DNA of 44,990 bases from an uncultured Oscillospiraceae bacterium. Its GTDB lineage: Bacteria > Bacillota > Clostridia > Oscillospirales > Oscillospiraceae. The position numbers were made by a program, and so were the translations under genes. The stretch spans positions 1 to 44,990 of the forward strand of contig CAUWEI010000028.1 in the NCBI GenBank assembly GCA_963557675.1, written 5' to 3'. Under the pieces are notes generated by a model. The model was given only the letters and a program-made list of their open reading frames with translations, was not told where the DNA came from and did not search any database. How positions within the stretch are numbered: the stretch's first letter is position 1; every line of letters begins with the position of its first letter. This document shows positions 17,060 through 26,135 of the stretch, one piece after another.

Positions 17060-19558
17060 ATGGAACAATATTCTGTAACCGGTATGAGCTGTGCGGCTTG
17101 CAGTGCCAGAGTGGAAAAGAGTGTAAAAAAGGTTCCGGGTGTCGATAAATGCGCTGTAAACCTTTTAACCAATTCCATGGGCATTGAAGGAACCGCAAAG
17201 CCCGAGGACATCATTGCGGCGGTTGAGTCCGCAGGCTATGGAGCTTCCCTGAAGGGAGCGGAAGGTCCGAAGCGCACCAATCAGGAAGATGCGCTGAAAG
17301 ATCGGCAGACTCCGATTCTGAAGCGGCGACTGTGGGTTTCCCTTGGATTCTTAATTGTACTCATGTATATTTCCATGGGTCATGTGATGTGGGGCTGGCC
17401 TGTACCTGCATTTTTAGCAGAAAACCCCGCATCTCTGGCACTGCTGCAGTGTTTGCTTGCCATTGTGATTATGGTAATCAATCAGAAGTTCTTTATCAGT
17501 GGCGTTCAGGGCTTGATCCACGGCGCACCGAATATGGACACGTTGGTAGCCCTTGGCTCTTCGGCTTCGTTCATCTATAGTACGGTGGTTTTGTTCCTCA
17601 TGCTTGGAGCAGACAAAGACGCTGCGGCCCATTATCTCCATGAGCTGTATTTTGAATCTGCCGCTATGATTCTGGTGCTCATTACAGTGGGAAAAATGCT
17701 GGAAGCCAAATCCAAGGGTAAGACCACGGATGCCATTAAGGGACTGATGAATCTTGCACCCAAGACCGCTCGTGTGCTGAGAAACGGGCAGGAAGTGGAG
17801 ATACCTGTGGAGCAGGTGCAAAAGGATGACCTGTTTATAGTGCGGCCCGGCGAAAGCATCCCGGTAGACGGTGTGGTAGTGGATGGACATAGTGCAGTCA
17901 ACGAATCCGCCCTGACCGGAGAAAGCCTTCCTGTGGACAAAGAAAAGGGAGATGCCGTATCTGCTGCCACCATTAACCAGTCCGGCCTTCTGCGATGCAG
18001 AGCCACCCGGGTGGGAGAGGACACCACCTTGTCCCAGATCATTCAGATGGTCAGTGACGCTGCTGCTACGAAGGCACCTATTGCGAAGGTGGCAGATAAA
18101 GTTTCCGGAATCTTCGTCCCAGTGGTCATTTCGATTGCTTTGATCACCACAGTGGTTTGGCTCCTTTTGGGCCATAGCATTGGATTTGCTCTGGCAAGAG
18201 GTGTTTCCGTTCTGGTTATCAGCTGCCCCTGTGCGTTGGGTCTGGCTACTCCCGTTGCCATTATGGTGGGAAGTGGCTCCGGTGCGAAAAACGGTATTCT
18301 CTTTAAGACTGCCCAGTCTCTGGAAGAGGCTGGCAAGGTGGAAATTGTGGCACTGGATAAAACCGGTACTATCACTTCCGGCGAACCTCGTGTAACAGAT
18401 ATTTTGCCTACAGGGGATGTGGAAGAATCCAGACTGCTTTCTCTGGCCAATGCGCTGGAAGCCAACAGTGAACACCCCTTGGCTCGTGCCATCTTGCAGC
18501 GGGCAGAGGAAGAAAAGCTGCCCAGAATGCAGGTGGAGAACTTCCAGGCGGTGCCGGGAAATGGTCTTACCGCCAACTTCGAGGGAAGCAGTCTTGCAGG
18601 AGGTAATGGAAGCTTTATTGAAAAAATCACCCAGATTCCGCAGCAGGCCAAAAAGCAGGCAGAAGAGCTAGCTCAGCAGGGAAAAACCCCTCTGTTCTTT
18701 GCCCTTGACGGAAGATTCCTGGGCACCATCGCTGTGGCGGATACCATGAAAGAGGACAGTCCTCAGGCTGTGGCGGAGCTGCAAAAGATGGGAATTCGTG
18801 TGGTCATGCTGACCGGCGACAATCCCCGTACTGCTCAGGCCATTGGTAAGGCAGTGGGCGTGGATGAAGTGATTGCAGGCGTCTTGCCTCAGGGAAAAGA
18901 GACTGTCATCCGGGGCCTTCGCCAGCAGGGTAAGGTGGCCATGGTTGGCGACGGTATCAACGATGCCCCAGCTCTTACCCGTGCAGATCTGGGTATTGCC
19001 ATTGGAGCGGGTACTGATGTAGCCATCGATGCCGCCGATGTGGTACTGATGAAGAACCGGCTTACCGATGTCCCTGCCGCCATTCGCCTCAGCCGGGCTA
19101 CACTGCGAAACATCCACGAAAATCTGTTCTGGGCGTTCTTGTATAATACCTTGGGAATTCCTCTGGCCGCAGGTGTACTGATTCCCTTGGGCCTGACCCT
19201 TAATCCCATGTTTGGCGCTGCTGCCATGAGTCTTTCCAGCTTCTGCGTGGTGAGTAATGCACTGCGCTTGAACCTATTCCGTTTGTATGACGGAAGACGG
19301 GATAAAAAGATCCATCATCATACTCATAAAAGAAAGGAGGTTCCTGCTATGACTAAGACCATGAAGATCGAAGGCATGATGTGCGGCCACTGCGAGGCCA
19401 GAGTGAAGAAGACTCTGGAAGCTCTGCCCGAAGTGGAAGCTGCTGAGGTTAGCCATGTGGAGGGCACGGCTGTCGTGACTCTCAATGCCCCTGTGGCAGA
19501 TGAAGTGCTGAAAAATGCCGTGGAGGCTCAGGATTACAAGGTTCTGGAAGTCCGCTAA
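17060..19558 (+). CDS. copA: Copper-exporting P1B-1 ATPase with N- and C-terminal HMA domains
   Basis: GMSCAAC, TGES, SCPC, DKTGT, SEHP, GDGIND, the Cu(I) motifs YN and MxxSS, and a C-terminal GMMCGHC domain. Confidence 0.95.
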   Translation: MEQYSVTGMSCAACSARVEKSVKKVPGVDKCAVNLLTNSMGIEGTAKPEDIIAAVESAGYGASLKGAEGPKRTNQEDALKDRQTPILKRRLWVSLGFLIVLMYISMGHVMWGWPVPAFLAENPASLALLQCLLAIVIMVINQKFFISGVQGLIHGAPNMDTLVALGSSASFIYSTVVLFLMLGADKDAAAHYLHELYFESAAMILVLITVGKMLEAKSKGKTTDAIKGLMNLAPKTARVLRNGQEVEIPVEQVQKDDLFIVRPGESIPVDGVVVDGHSAVNESALTGESLPVDKEKGDAVSAATINQSGLLRCRATRVGEDTTLSQIIQMVSDAAATKAPIAKVADKVSGIFVPVVISIALITTVVWLLLGHSIGFALARGVSVLVISCPCALGLATPVAIMVGSGSGAKNGILFKTAQSLEEAGKVEIVALDKTGTITSGEPRVTDILPTGDVEESRLLSLANALEANSEHPLARAILQRAEEEKLPRMQVENFQAVPGNGLTANFEGSSLAGGNGSFIEKITQIPQQAKKQAEELAQQGKTPLFFALDGRFLGTIAVADTMKEDSPQAVAELQKMGIRVVMLTGDNPRTAQAIGKAVGVDEVIAGVLPQGKETVIRGLRQQGKVAMVGDGINDAPALTRADLGIAIGAGTDVAIDAADVVLMKNRLTDVPAAIRLSRATLRNIHENLFWAFLYNTLGIPLAAGVLIPLGLTLNPMFGAAAMSLSSFCVVSNALRLNLFRLYDGRRDKKIHHHTHKRKEVPAMTKTMKIEGMMCGHCEARVKKTLEALPEVEAAEVSHVEGTAVVTLNAPVADEVLKNAVEAQDYKVLEVR
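19349..19558 (+). CDS. Putative nested in-frame CopZ-like chaperone (69 aa) from an internal start in copA
   Basis: AAAGGAGG, 8 nt, then an in-frame ATG exactly at the start of the HMA domain ([15 protein letters not shown]). Confidence 0.5.
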   Translation: MTKTMKIEGMMCGHCEARVKKTLEALPEVEAAEVSHVEGTAVVTLNAPVADEVLKNAVEAQDYKVLEVR

Positions 19559-19566
19559 AAACAAAG

Positions 19567-19655
19567 GGAGCTGTCTCGTTTACGAGACGGCTCCTGGTCA
19601 AACCGATCCCCCAAATCCTCTGAACAGCTGCTGCCGTAAAGGTAGCAGCTGTTTT
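19567..19655 (+). terminator. Two tandem hairpins after copA; the second has a short T-tract
   Basis: GGAGCTGTCTCG-TTTA-CGAGACGGCTCC and AACAGCTGCTGCC-GTAAA-GGTAGCAGCTGTTTT. Confidence 0.7.
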
Positions 19656-19710
19656 CTCCTTGCAACGGAGCTTATTCGGTGGTATACTGGAAAAAAGGAG
19701 GGTGATTTTT

Positions 19711-19887
19711 ATGGATTGCGACCTGTGCGAAAGCTGTTGGCACTTTGACTACGATGAGGAGTATGACGAATACTTCTGCAATATGGATTTGGATGAAGAC
19801 GAGGTCTATCGAATTTTTCATGCAAACCAAACTCGCTGTCCCTATTATCGGCAGGGAGATGACTATTATCTAGCCAGAAAACAGTGA
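19711..19887 (+). CDS. Small Cys/Asp/Tyr-rich protein (DUF6472-like)
   Basis: CxxC...C..LDEDE...CPYYR.GDDY..ARKQ pattern. RBS AAGGAGG, with TTGCAA-17 nt-TATACT (19660-19688) upstream. Confidence 0.75.
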   Translation: MDCDLCESCWHFDYDEEYDEYFCNMDLDEDEVYRIFHANQTRCPYYRQGDDYYLARKQ

Positions 19888-19972
19888 AAACGCTTGCGCC
19901 GGGAATATACTGGCCGGCGTTTTCTTTTTTCTCCTGCTTTTTCACTTTTCGGGGAAACGGGTGGAATCTCCC

Positions 19973-20001
19973 TTGATTCCAGAATGGTGTTCTGGTATAA
20001 T
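19973..20001 (+). promoter_or_regulatory. SigmaA promoter of the gdpP-rplI-dnaB operon
   Basis: TTGATT-17 nt-TATAAT with an extended TG. The spacer is palindromic. Confidence 0.7.
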
Positions 20002-20046
20002 AGAGCTATAACTGTGCCCTTTTTGAAATTTGGGAGGAGTGGTCCT

Positions 20047-22023
20047 GTGAATAAAAAGCTGGGTCGTTTGGTTGATCCTACCATGGGCTTATACTTTTTG
20101 GTCCTGCTAATCTTCGCCGGCGCATCATTTCTGATGAATCAGCCCCTGTTGGCGGCGTTGGAGGCAGGTACAACGGCACTGTTTCTGATTTTGTATCAGC
20201 TGCGCCGAGCCAGCCGGAGAAAGGCATTGGCTGCATATATTCAAAATGCGACCAGTAATCTGGAGAATGCGTCCCGAGGGGACATCCCCCTTCCCATGGC
20301 TCTGATTCGACTGGTAGACGAAGAAGTGTTCTGGGCCAATCAGCGGTTTGCAAAGCTGACCGGAATGAAGGAAAGCCTGTTTGAGCAGAAGCTCAGTAAG
20401 GTTTTACCGGGATTTTCCACCGATTGGCTGATTGCCGGAAACTTGGAATGTCCCAACGATTTGGACATTGGAGACCGCCGCTATCGGGTCTACGGCACGA
20501 CCTTCCATGAGAAGGCAACGGGAGGCGCTCTTTTGGGCTCCATTTATCTGATCGACCTTACAGAACTGTATCAGGTGCGGGATGAATACATCCGTTCTCG
20601 TCCTGTGGTGTCCATTATTTTGCTGGATAACTACGACGAACTTACCAAAAACCTGCCGGAAAATGCCATTTCTACGCTTAATGCGGAGCTGGATCAGGTG
20701 ATTACCCGCTGCATTGGAGGCTATCACGGTATGCTGCGCCGTTTGGAGCGGAACCGATACCTCTTTGTGTTTGAAGAGCGGGATTTGCAGCACTGTATAG
20801 AAAATAAATTTCCTCTTTTGGAGGAGATTCGGCAGGTGGAAAGCCCCACAGGTGTGGCAGCTACCATCTCTATGGGCATCGGTCAGGAAGGCATTACTTT
20901 TGAAGAGTCCTACAACTTTGCTGCCCTCAGCATTGAAATGGCCCTGTCTCGAGGCGGCGATCAGGTGGTAGTGAAGGGACGTTACAACTTCTCGTTCTAT
21001 GGCGGACGGAATAAAGAGACCGATCACCGTTCCAAGGTGCGTTCCCGTGTGACGGCAAACTCTTTGAGTGAATTGGTGGCCCAGTGCAGTCAGGTCTTTG
21101 TTATGGGCCATAAAAATGCGGATTTGGATGCCTTGGGGGCTGCCGTGGGTATCTGCTGCCTGTGCCGGAAAAAAGGAAAGAATGCGAAAATTGTCATTGA
21201 CTTGGAGCATAATGCAGCCGGAATGTTGCTGGAACAGCTCAGAGCGCATCCGGTGTATGAAAACTGCTTTATTTCCGGTCAGGAGGCACTGCTTCAGGCA
21301 GACCCCAAAAGCACGTTGATTGTGGTGGATACCAACCGCCCGGATCAGGTGGAATGTGTCCCCTTATTGGAAGCGATTTCCAAGGTCTGTGTGGTAGACC
21401 ATCACCGCAGGGCCGCAGACTATATCAATCCTGTGGTGGTAGAGCTTCACGAGCCTTATGCCTCTTCTGCATCGGAGCTGGTAACCGAGCTTCTGCAATA
21501 TGCGGTGGATAGTTCGGAGATCCTGCCCATTGAGGCTAAGGCACTGCTTGCCGGTATCATGCTGGATACGAAGAGCTTCAATGTCCGTACCGGTGAGCGT
21601 ACCTTTGAGGCAGCCGCTTTCCTGCGCCGTCTGGGTGCGGATACGGTGGATGTCAAAAAGCTGCTGCAAAGCGATTTGCAGGCAACGATGGCTCGATACC
21701 GGATTATACAAACCGCTCAGATGTATCGCAATAAGATTGCGATTGCGGCATTGAATGAAACCACAACCCGAGTCATTGCGGCGCAGGCAGCCGATGAGCT
21801 TTTGGGAATTCAGGGAATTCTGACTTCCTTTGTGATGTATCCACAAGACGATCAGGTGATTATTTCCGCCCGTTCCATTGGAGATGCCAATGTACAGATG
21901 ATTTTGGAGCCTCTGGGCGGCGGCGGAAATGCGGCTACAGCAGGAGCGCAGGTGAAAAATTGCGATGTAAAGACAGCCTTGGAACGGCTGACTATCTCCA
22001 TCGACAAATACTATGCCCAATAA
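20047..22023 (+). CDS. gdpP: Cyclic-di-AMP phosphodiesterase GdpP (TM-PAS-degenerate GGDEF-DHH-DHHA1)
   Basis: Two TM helices, LDNYDE, ALSRGGDQ, MGHKNADLDALG, DHHRR and SARS. It precedes rplI-dnaB. GTG start after GGAGGAG. Confidence 0.92.
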   Translation: MNKKLGRLVDPTMGLYFLVLLIFAGASFLMNQPLLAALEAGTTALFLILYQLRRASRRKALAAYIQNATSNLENASRGDIPLPMALIRLVDEEVFWANQRFAKLTGMKESLFEQKLSKVLPGFSTDWLIAGNLECPNDLDIGDRRYRVYGTTFHEKATGGALLGSIYLIDLTELYQVRDEYIRSRPVVSIILLDNYDELTKNLPENAISTLNAELDQVITRCIGGYHGMLRRLERNRYLFVFEERDLQHCIENKFPLLEEIRQVESPTGVAATISMGIGQEGITFEESYNFAALSIEMALSRGGDQVVVKGRYNFSFYGGRNKETDHRSKVRSRVTANSLSELVAQCSQVFVMGHKNADLDALGAAVGICCLCRKKGKNAKIVIDLEHNAAGMLLEQLRAHPVYENCFISGQEALLQADPKSTLIVVDTNRPDQVECVPLLEAISKVCVVDHHRRAADYINPVVVELHEPYASSASELVTELLQYAVDSSEILPIEAKALLAGIMLDTKSFNVRTGERTFEAAAFLRRLGADTVDVKKLLQSDLQATMARYRIIQTAQMYRNKIAIAALNETTTRVIAAQAADELLGIQGILTSFVMYPQDDQVIISARSIGDANVQMILEPLGGGGNAATAGAQVKNCDVKTALERLTISIDKYYAQ

Positions 22024-22048
22024 TCTATTATAAGGAGTATATATCGAT

Positions 22049-22495
22049 ATGAAAGTAATTCTGTTACAGGACGTTCGTGGAAAAGGAAAGAAGGGCCAGA
22101 TGCTGGAGGTTTCCGACGGCTACGCCCGGAACTATATGCTGCCTCGGAAGCTGGCTATGGAAGCAACGCCCGATGCCATTAACACCATGCGTATGAATGA
22201 TAAGGCCACTCAGGAGCGTCAGGCCAAGGAGCGTGCCGAGGCCATGGAGCTGTCCAAGAAGATGAAGGAAATGACCCTTACCGTTTTTGCAAAGGGCGGT
22301 GGCGCAGGCCGTCTGTTTGGTTCTGTGACCAACCAGGAAATTGCAGAGGCTTTGAAGGGCCAGGGCATTACGCTGGACAAGCGGAAAATTGTGGTAGACG
22401 AGCCCATTAAGAGCGTAGGTACCTACACCGTCCGGTGCAAGCTGGGCTATGAAATCGTGGGAGAGCTCACGGTAAAGATTGAAGAGAAAAACTAA
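22049..22495 (+). CDS. rplI: 50S ribosomal protein L9
   Basis: MKVILLQDV.GKGKKG..VSDGYARNY and GRLFGSVT. Confidence 0.97.
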   Translation: MKVILLQDVRGKGKKGQMLEVSDGYARNYMLPRKLAMEATPDAINTMRMNDKATQERQAKERAEAMELSKKMKEMTLTVFAKGGGAGRLFGSVTNQEIAEALKGQGITLDKRKIVVDEPIKSVGTYTVRCKLGYEIVGELTVKIEEKN

Positions 22496-22505
22496 GGAGA
22501 ACACC

Positions 22506-22790
22506 ATGGACGAACAGATGAACAATGTATTCCCTCTACAGGACGAGAACGGCAACGATGTGTTTTTTGAGCTCATGGACTACATCGCCTACGAGGGAAA
22601 CGATTACGCCGTTATGCTTCCGGTGGATGACCCCGAGGACGAAGGCGGCGTGGTGATTCTGCGGGTAGAGCCTCTGGATGAGGACACGGACAACTTCCTG
22701 GGAGTCAAGGACGAGGCAATTCTGGATGCGGTTTTTGCACTGTTCCAGGAGAGAAACCCGGAGCTGTTTGAGGAAGCAGAAGAGGAATAA
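22506..22790 (+). CDS. Acidic DUF1292-family protein
   Basis: LQDENGNDVFFE..YEGNDYAVMLP..VILRVE pattern. ATG at 22506 follows AAGGAG. Confidence 0.8.
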   Translation: MDEQMNNVFPLQDENGNDVFFELMDYIAYEGNDYAVMLPVDDPEDEGGVVILRVEPLDEDTDNFLGVKDEAILDAVFALFQERNPELFEEAEEE

Positions 22791-22798
22791 AGAATTGT

Positions 22799-22869
22799 GG
22801 CGTGCGGTGCACGCCCTGGGAGCCGGAAAGCGGCTCTGGGGCCAGGGTGCCTTCTGGGTGCCCTGGCCC
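22799..22869 (+). other. GC-rich three-hairpin intergenic element before dnaB (possible structured RNA)
   Basis: Three adjacent stems of 7, 6 and 13 bp, with no U-tract. Confidence 0.5.
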
Positions 22870-22900
22870 ATATTGACAAGAGTACGAAAGGAGAAGGAAG

Positions 22901-24244
22901 ATGGAAGGAGAAGAAATCTTAGGCCGGCAGATGCCCCAGTCCCTGGAGGCGGAACAGTCTGTTTTAGGCTCCATGCTGATTGACAGCCGGTGTATTCCCG
23001 ATGTGATTGGACTTTTGAAGCCGGAGGACTTTTATCTCCAGCAAAACCGGGAAATTTACGAGACCATCTACGCCATGTTCAACTTCTCCCAGGCGGTTGA
23101 CCCGGTGACGGTGCTCTCCACCATGCAGGAGCGTGGTGTGTGGCAGGAGGCTACCACCAACTATATTAAGCAGCTCATGGAGATTACCCCCACAACAACC
23201 AATGTGCTGCGTTATGCAGAGATCGTAAGGGATAAGGCCATGCTTCGCAGTCTGGCTGCGGCTGCAACGGACATTTTCAATACGGTCTATGACGGAGTGG
23301 GAACCCCGGCGGAAATTCTGGAGTCGGCAGAGAAAAAAATCTTTGCTCTTCGGAAGGGAGACCGAGGAGAGAGCTTGCAGCACATTGGCATGGTGCTGCA
23401 TCGGGTGTATGACCATCTGACGGAATTGAGTGCGTCGGACAGTGCCATTCCCGGCCTTTCTACCGGCCTGATGGACTTGGATAAGAAAATCAACGGTCTG
23501 AATCGGTCGGACTTGCTGCTGATTGCTGCCCGTCCTGCCATGGGTAAAACCTCGTTTGCCCTGAATATTGCGCTGAATGTTGCCAAAAAGTACAAGTCCT
23601 GTGTGGCCTTTTTCTCCTTGGAAATGTCCCGGGAACAGTTGGCAATGCGACTTTTGGCAGGCGAAAGCTTTGTAGACAGCCAAAAGATGGCGACGGGCAA
23701 GTTGGAGGACGAGGAGTGGGCCAAGCTGGCAATGGCCTCTGCCTCTTTGAGCCAGACGGACATTCGGGTAGATGATAACCCGTCTATTACAGTGGCAGAA
23801 ATGAACGCAAAGCTTCGCCGGGTGGAAAATTTGGGCCTGGTGGTCATTGACTACCTTCAGTTGATGACTGGTTCCGGCTATGGAAAAGGCGGCGAAAACC
23901 GTGTAAACGTGGTTTCCGAAATCTCTCGTTCGTTGAAGATTATGGCCAAGGAACTGAATGTGCCCGTAATCTGTTTGAGCCAGCTTTCCCGTGCCAATGA
24001 AAGCCGAACTGATAAGCGGCCTATTTTGTCCGACTTGCGTGAATCCGGTGCTATCGAGCAGGACGCAGATGAAGTGCTGTTTTTGTACCGAGACGATTAC
24101 TATAATGAAGACTCCCCGGAGAAAAACGTGGCAGAGTGCATTGTCTCTAAAAACCGTCATGGTGAGACGGGAACGGTAAAGCTTCAGTGGCTGCCCCAGT
24201 ACACGACCTTTGCCGACCGGGAATGGCGGCATCAGGAGGGCTAA
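22901..24244 (+). CDS. dnaB: Replicative DNA helicase
   Basis: EAEQSVLG, the ARPAMGKT Walker A, FSLEM, IDYLQL, LSQLSR, DLRESGAIEQDAD and KNRHG. No intein is visible. Confidence 0.97.
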   Translation: MEGEEILGRQMPQSLEAEQSVLGSMLIDSRCIPDVIGLLKPEDFYLQQNREIYETIYAMFNFSQAVDPVTVLSTMQERGVWQEATTNYIKQLMEITPTTTNVLRYAEIVRDKAMLRSLAAAATDIFNTVYDGVGTPAEILESAEKKIFALRKGDRGESLQHIGMVLHRVYDHLTELSASDSAIPGLSTGLMDLDKKINGLNRSDLLLIAARPAMGKTSFALNIALNVAKKYKSCVAFFSLEMSREQLAMRLLAGESFVDSQKMATGKLEDEEWAKLAMASASLSQTDIRVDDNPSITVAEMNAKLRRVENLGLVVIDYLQLMTGSGYGKGGENRVNVVSEISRSLKIMAKELNVPVICLSQLSRANESRTDKRPILSDLRESGAIEQDADEVLFLYRDDYYNEDSPEKNVAECIVSKNRHGETGTVKLQWLPQYTTFADREWRHQEG

Positions 24245-24246
24245 AG

Positions 24247-25569
24247 ATGGAATTTGCCAACAAACTCTGGGCTTTCTGCCAGGAAAATCACCTGCTGTCC
24301 GATGGGGAGCAGGTGGTTTGTGCAGTGTCCGGCGGGGCAGATTCTATGGCTCTGCTGTGGGCCATGTACCTGTTGCGGGAAGAAAAGGGGCTTGCTTTGT
24401 CCGCTGCTCATTTTAATCACGGCTTGCGTGGGGAAGAATCTGACCGAGATGAGGACTTTGTCCGAGAATTCTGCGAGCAGTACCAGATTGCTCTTTCTGT
24501 GGGAAGGGGGCAGGTCCAGTCCTGTGGAAAGGGATTGGAGGATGCAGCCAGACGGGCCAGATATGGCTTTTTGGAGAGCTTGGATTCTGGGACAAAGATT
24601 GCAACGGCTCACACAGCCGATGACAATGCAGAGACCATTTTGCTGCATATGCTGCGAGGGACAGGCCTCAAAGGATTGGGAGGAATTGCACCGCAAAGGG
24701 GCCGGATTATTCGTCCTATGCTGGGCTGTAGCCGCAAAGAGGTGGAACAGTTTCTTTTCCGTTGGGGGATCTCCCATATTGAAGACAGCAGCAACGGAGC
24801 GGACCACTTTCTCAGAAACCGTCTGCGTCATGAGGTAATGCCCGTTTTGAAACGGGAAAATCCATCCATTTCTGAAAACACCAGTGCAATGGCTCTTCGT
24901 CTGCGAATGGATCAGGAGTTTCTGAATCAGACAGCACAGGAAGCCCTTTGCAGCATATGGGAGGAAAAGGGAATTCGAGTGGATGGACTGCTGAAGCTGC
25001 ACCCTGCCATGCAGGCCCGGGTGATTTCTATGCTTTTGCAGAAGGTTGGCGTTCGGGAACCGGAAGCTGTTCATATAAAGCAGGCGTTGGAGCTGGCAGA
25101 ATCTCAAAATCCTTCGGCTAGAAAAGAATTTCCACAGGGAGTGGTCCTCCGCCGAGAATACCAGTATCTGGTGACAGGGCAGGAAGTGCCTGCTTTGGAC
25201 TCGGTGGAACTGAAAATTCCCGGCGTAACCAGGGTGGGGCCTTGGGAAATTCAATGTAGATATTTGAATCCAGAAGAGAAAATTCAAAATTCACCGTTCA
25301 CTTTTACGGTTGCTTATGATAGAATAGGGGAATCACCAGTTTTTCTCCGAAAAAGGCAGACAGGAGACCGACTTCGACTGTCTGGTGGCTCGAAGTCTGT
25401 AAAGAAACTGTTCATTGACCGAAAAATTCCGGCCCATCTCCGGGACACCTTACCGGTTGTAACGGTGCGTGGTGGAATTTTAGGTGTAGCAGGTCTGGGA
25501 GCCAATTTGGAGGATCGTGCAATTTCCAGTGCACAGGCACTGCAAATCATATTCACTTACAATGCTTAG
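24247..25569 (+). CDS. tilS: tRNA(Ile)-lysidine synthase
   Basis: SGGADS PP-loop, NHGLRG, AHTADDNAET, EDSSN and RNRLR. Confidence 0.95.
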   Translation: MEFANKLWAFCQENHLLSDGEQVVCAVSGGADSMALLWAMYLLREEKGLALSAAHFNHGLRGEESDRDEDFVREFCEQYQIALSVGRGQVQSCGKGLEDAARRARYGFLESLDSGTKIATAHTADDNAETILLHMLRGTGLKGLGGIAPQRGRIIRPMLGCSRKEVEQFLFRWGISHIEDSSNGADHFLRNRLRHEVMPVLKRENPSISENTSAMALRLRMDQEFLNQTAQEALCSIWEEKGIRVDGLLKLHPAMQARVISMLLQKVGVREPEAVHIKQALELAESQNPSARKEFPQGVVLRREYQYLVTGQEVPALDSVELKIPGVTRVGPWEIQCRYLNPEEKIQNSPFTFTVAYDRIGESPVFLRKRQTGDRLRLSGGSKSVKKLFIDRKIPAHLRDTLPVVTVRGGILGVAGLGANLEDRAISSAQALQIIFTYNA

Positions 25570-25585
25570 AAAGAGGTATCGTGCG

Positions 25586-26122
25586 ATGCAAAATTCTATT
25601 GAACGTGTTCTTATCACCGAAGAACAGATCCGCAACCGTATCCAGGAGCTGGGTCAGCAGTTAACCGCAGACTATGAAGGCAAAAACCCCATTTTTGTGG
25701 GTGTTCTGAAAGGTGTGGTTGTGTTCTTCTCTGACATGATCCGTGCGGTTCCCATTCCCTGTCAGATCGATTTTATGTCTGTGTCTTCTTATAATGGTGC
25801 CAACTCCACCGGTACTATTAAGATGAAGCAGGATCTGTCTGCGAATATTGAGGGCCGCCATGTCGTCATTCTGGAGGATATTTTGGACTCTGGCCTGACG
25901 CTCAAGCACACTGTAGAGTATTTGAAGACCAAAAATCCCGCTTCTGTGAAGATTTGCACCTTCCTGGACAAGCCTGAGGGCCGGAAGGCGGATATTGAGG
26001 CAGACTATGTGGGCTTTACTGTGCCAAATGCATTTGTGGTAGGTTATGGACTGGACTACAATGAAAAATTCCGCAACCTGCCTTATATTGGTATTTTGAA
26101 GCCTGAGGTATATTCTAAGTAA
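25586..26122 (+). CDS. hpt: Hypoxanthine phosphoribosyltransferase
   Basis: VLKG, the [15 protein letters not shown] motif and FVVGYGLDY. It sits between tilS and ftsH. Confidence 0.95.
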   Translation: MQNSIERVLITEEQIRNRIQELGQQLTADYEGKNPIFVGVLKGVVVFFSDMIRAVPIPCQIDFMSVSSYNGANSTGTIKMKQDLSANIEGRHVVILEDILDSGLTLKHTVEYLKTKNPASVKICTFLDKPEGRKADIEADYVGFTVPNAFVVGYGLDYNEKFRNLPYIGILKPEVYSK

Positions 26123-26135
26123 GGAGAACCCCGAT

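Noticed and set aside
22873-22878. Perfect TTGACA before dnaB
   Set aside because: No -10 hexamer at 16-18 nt; that position is the purine-rich RBS region.
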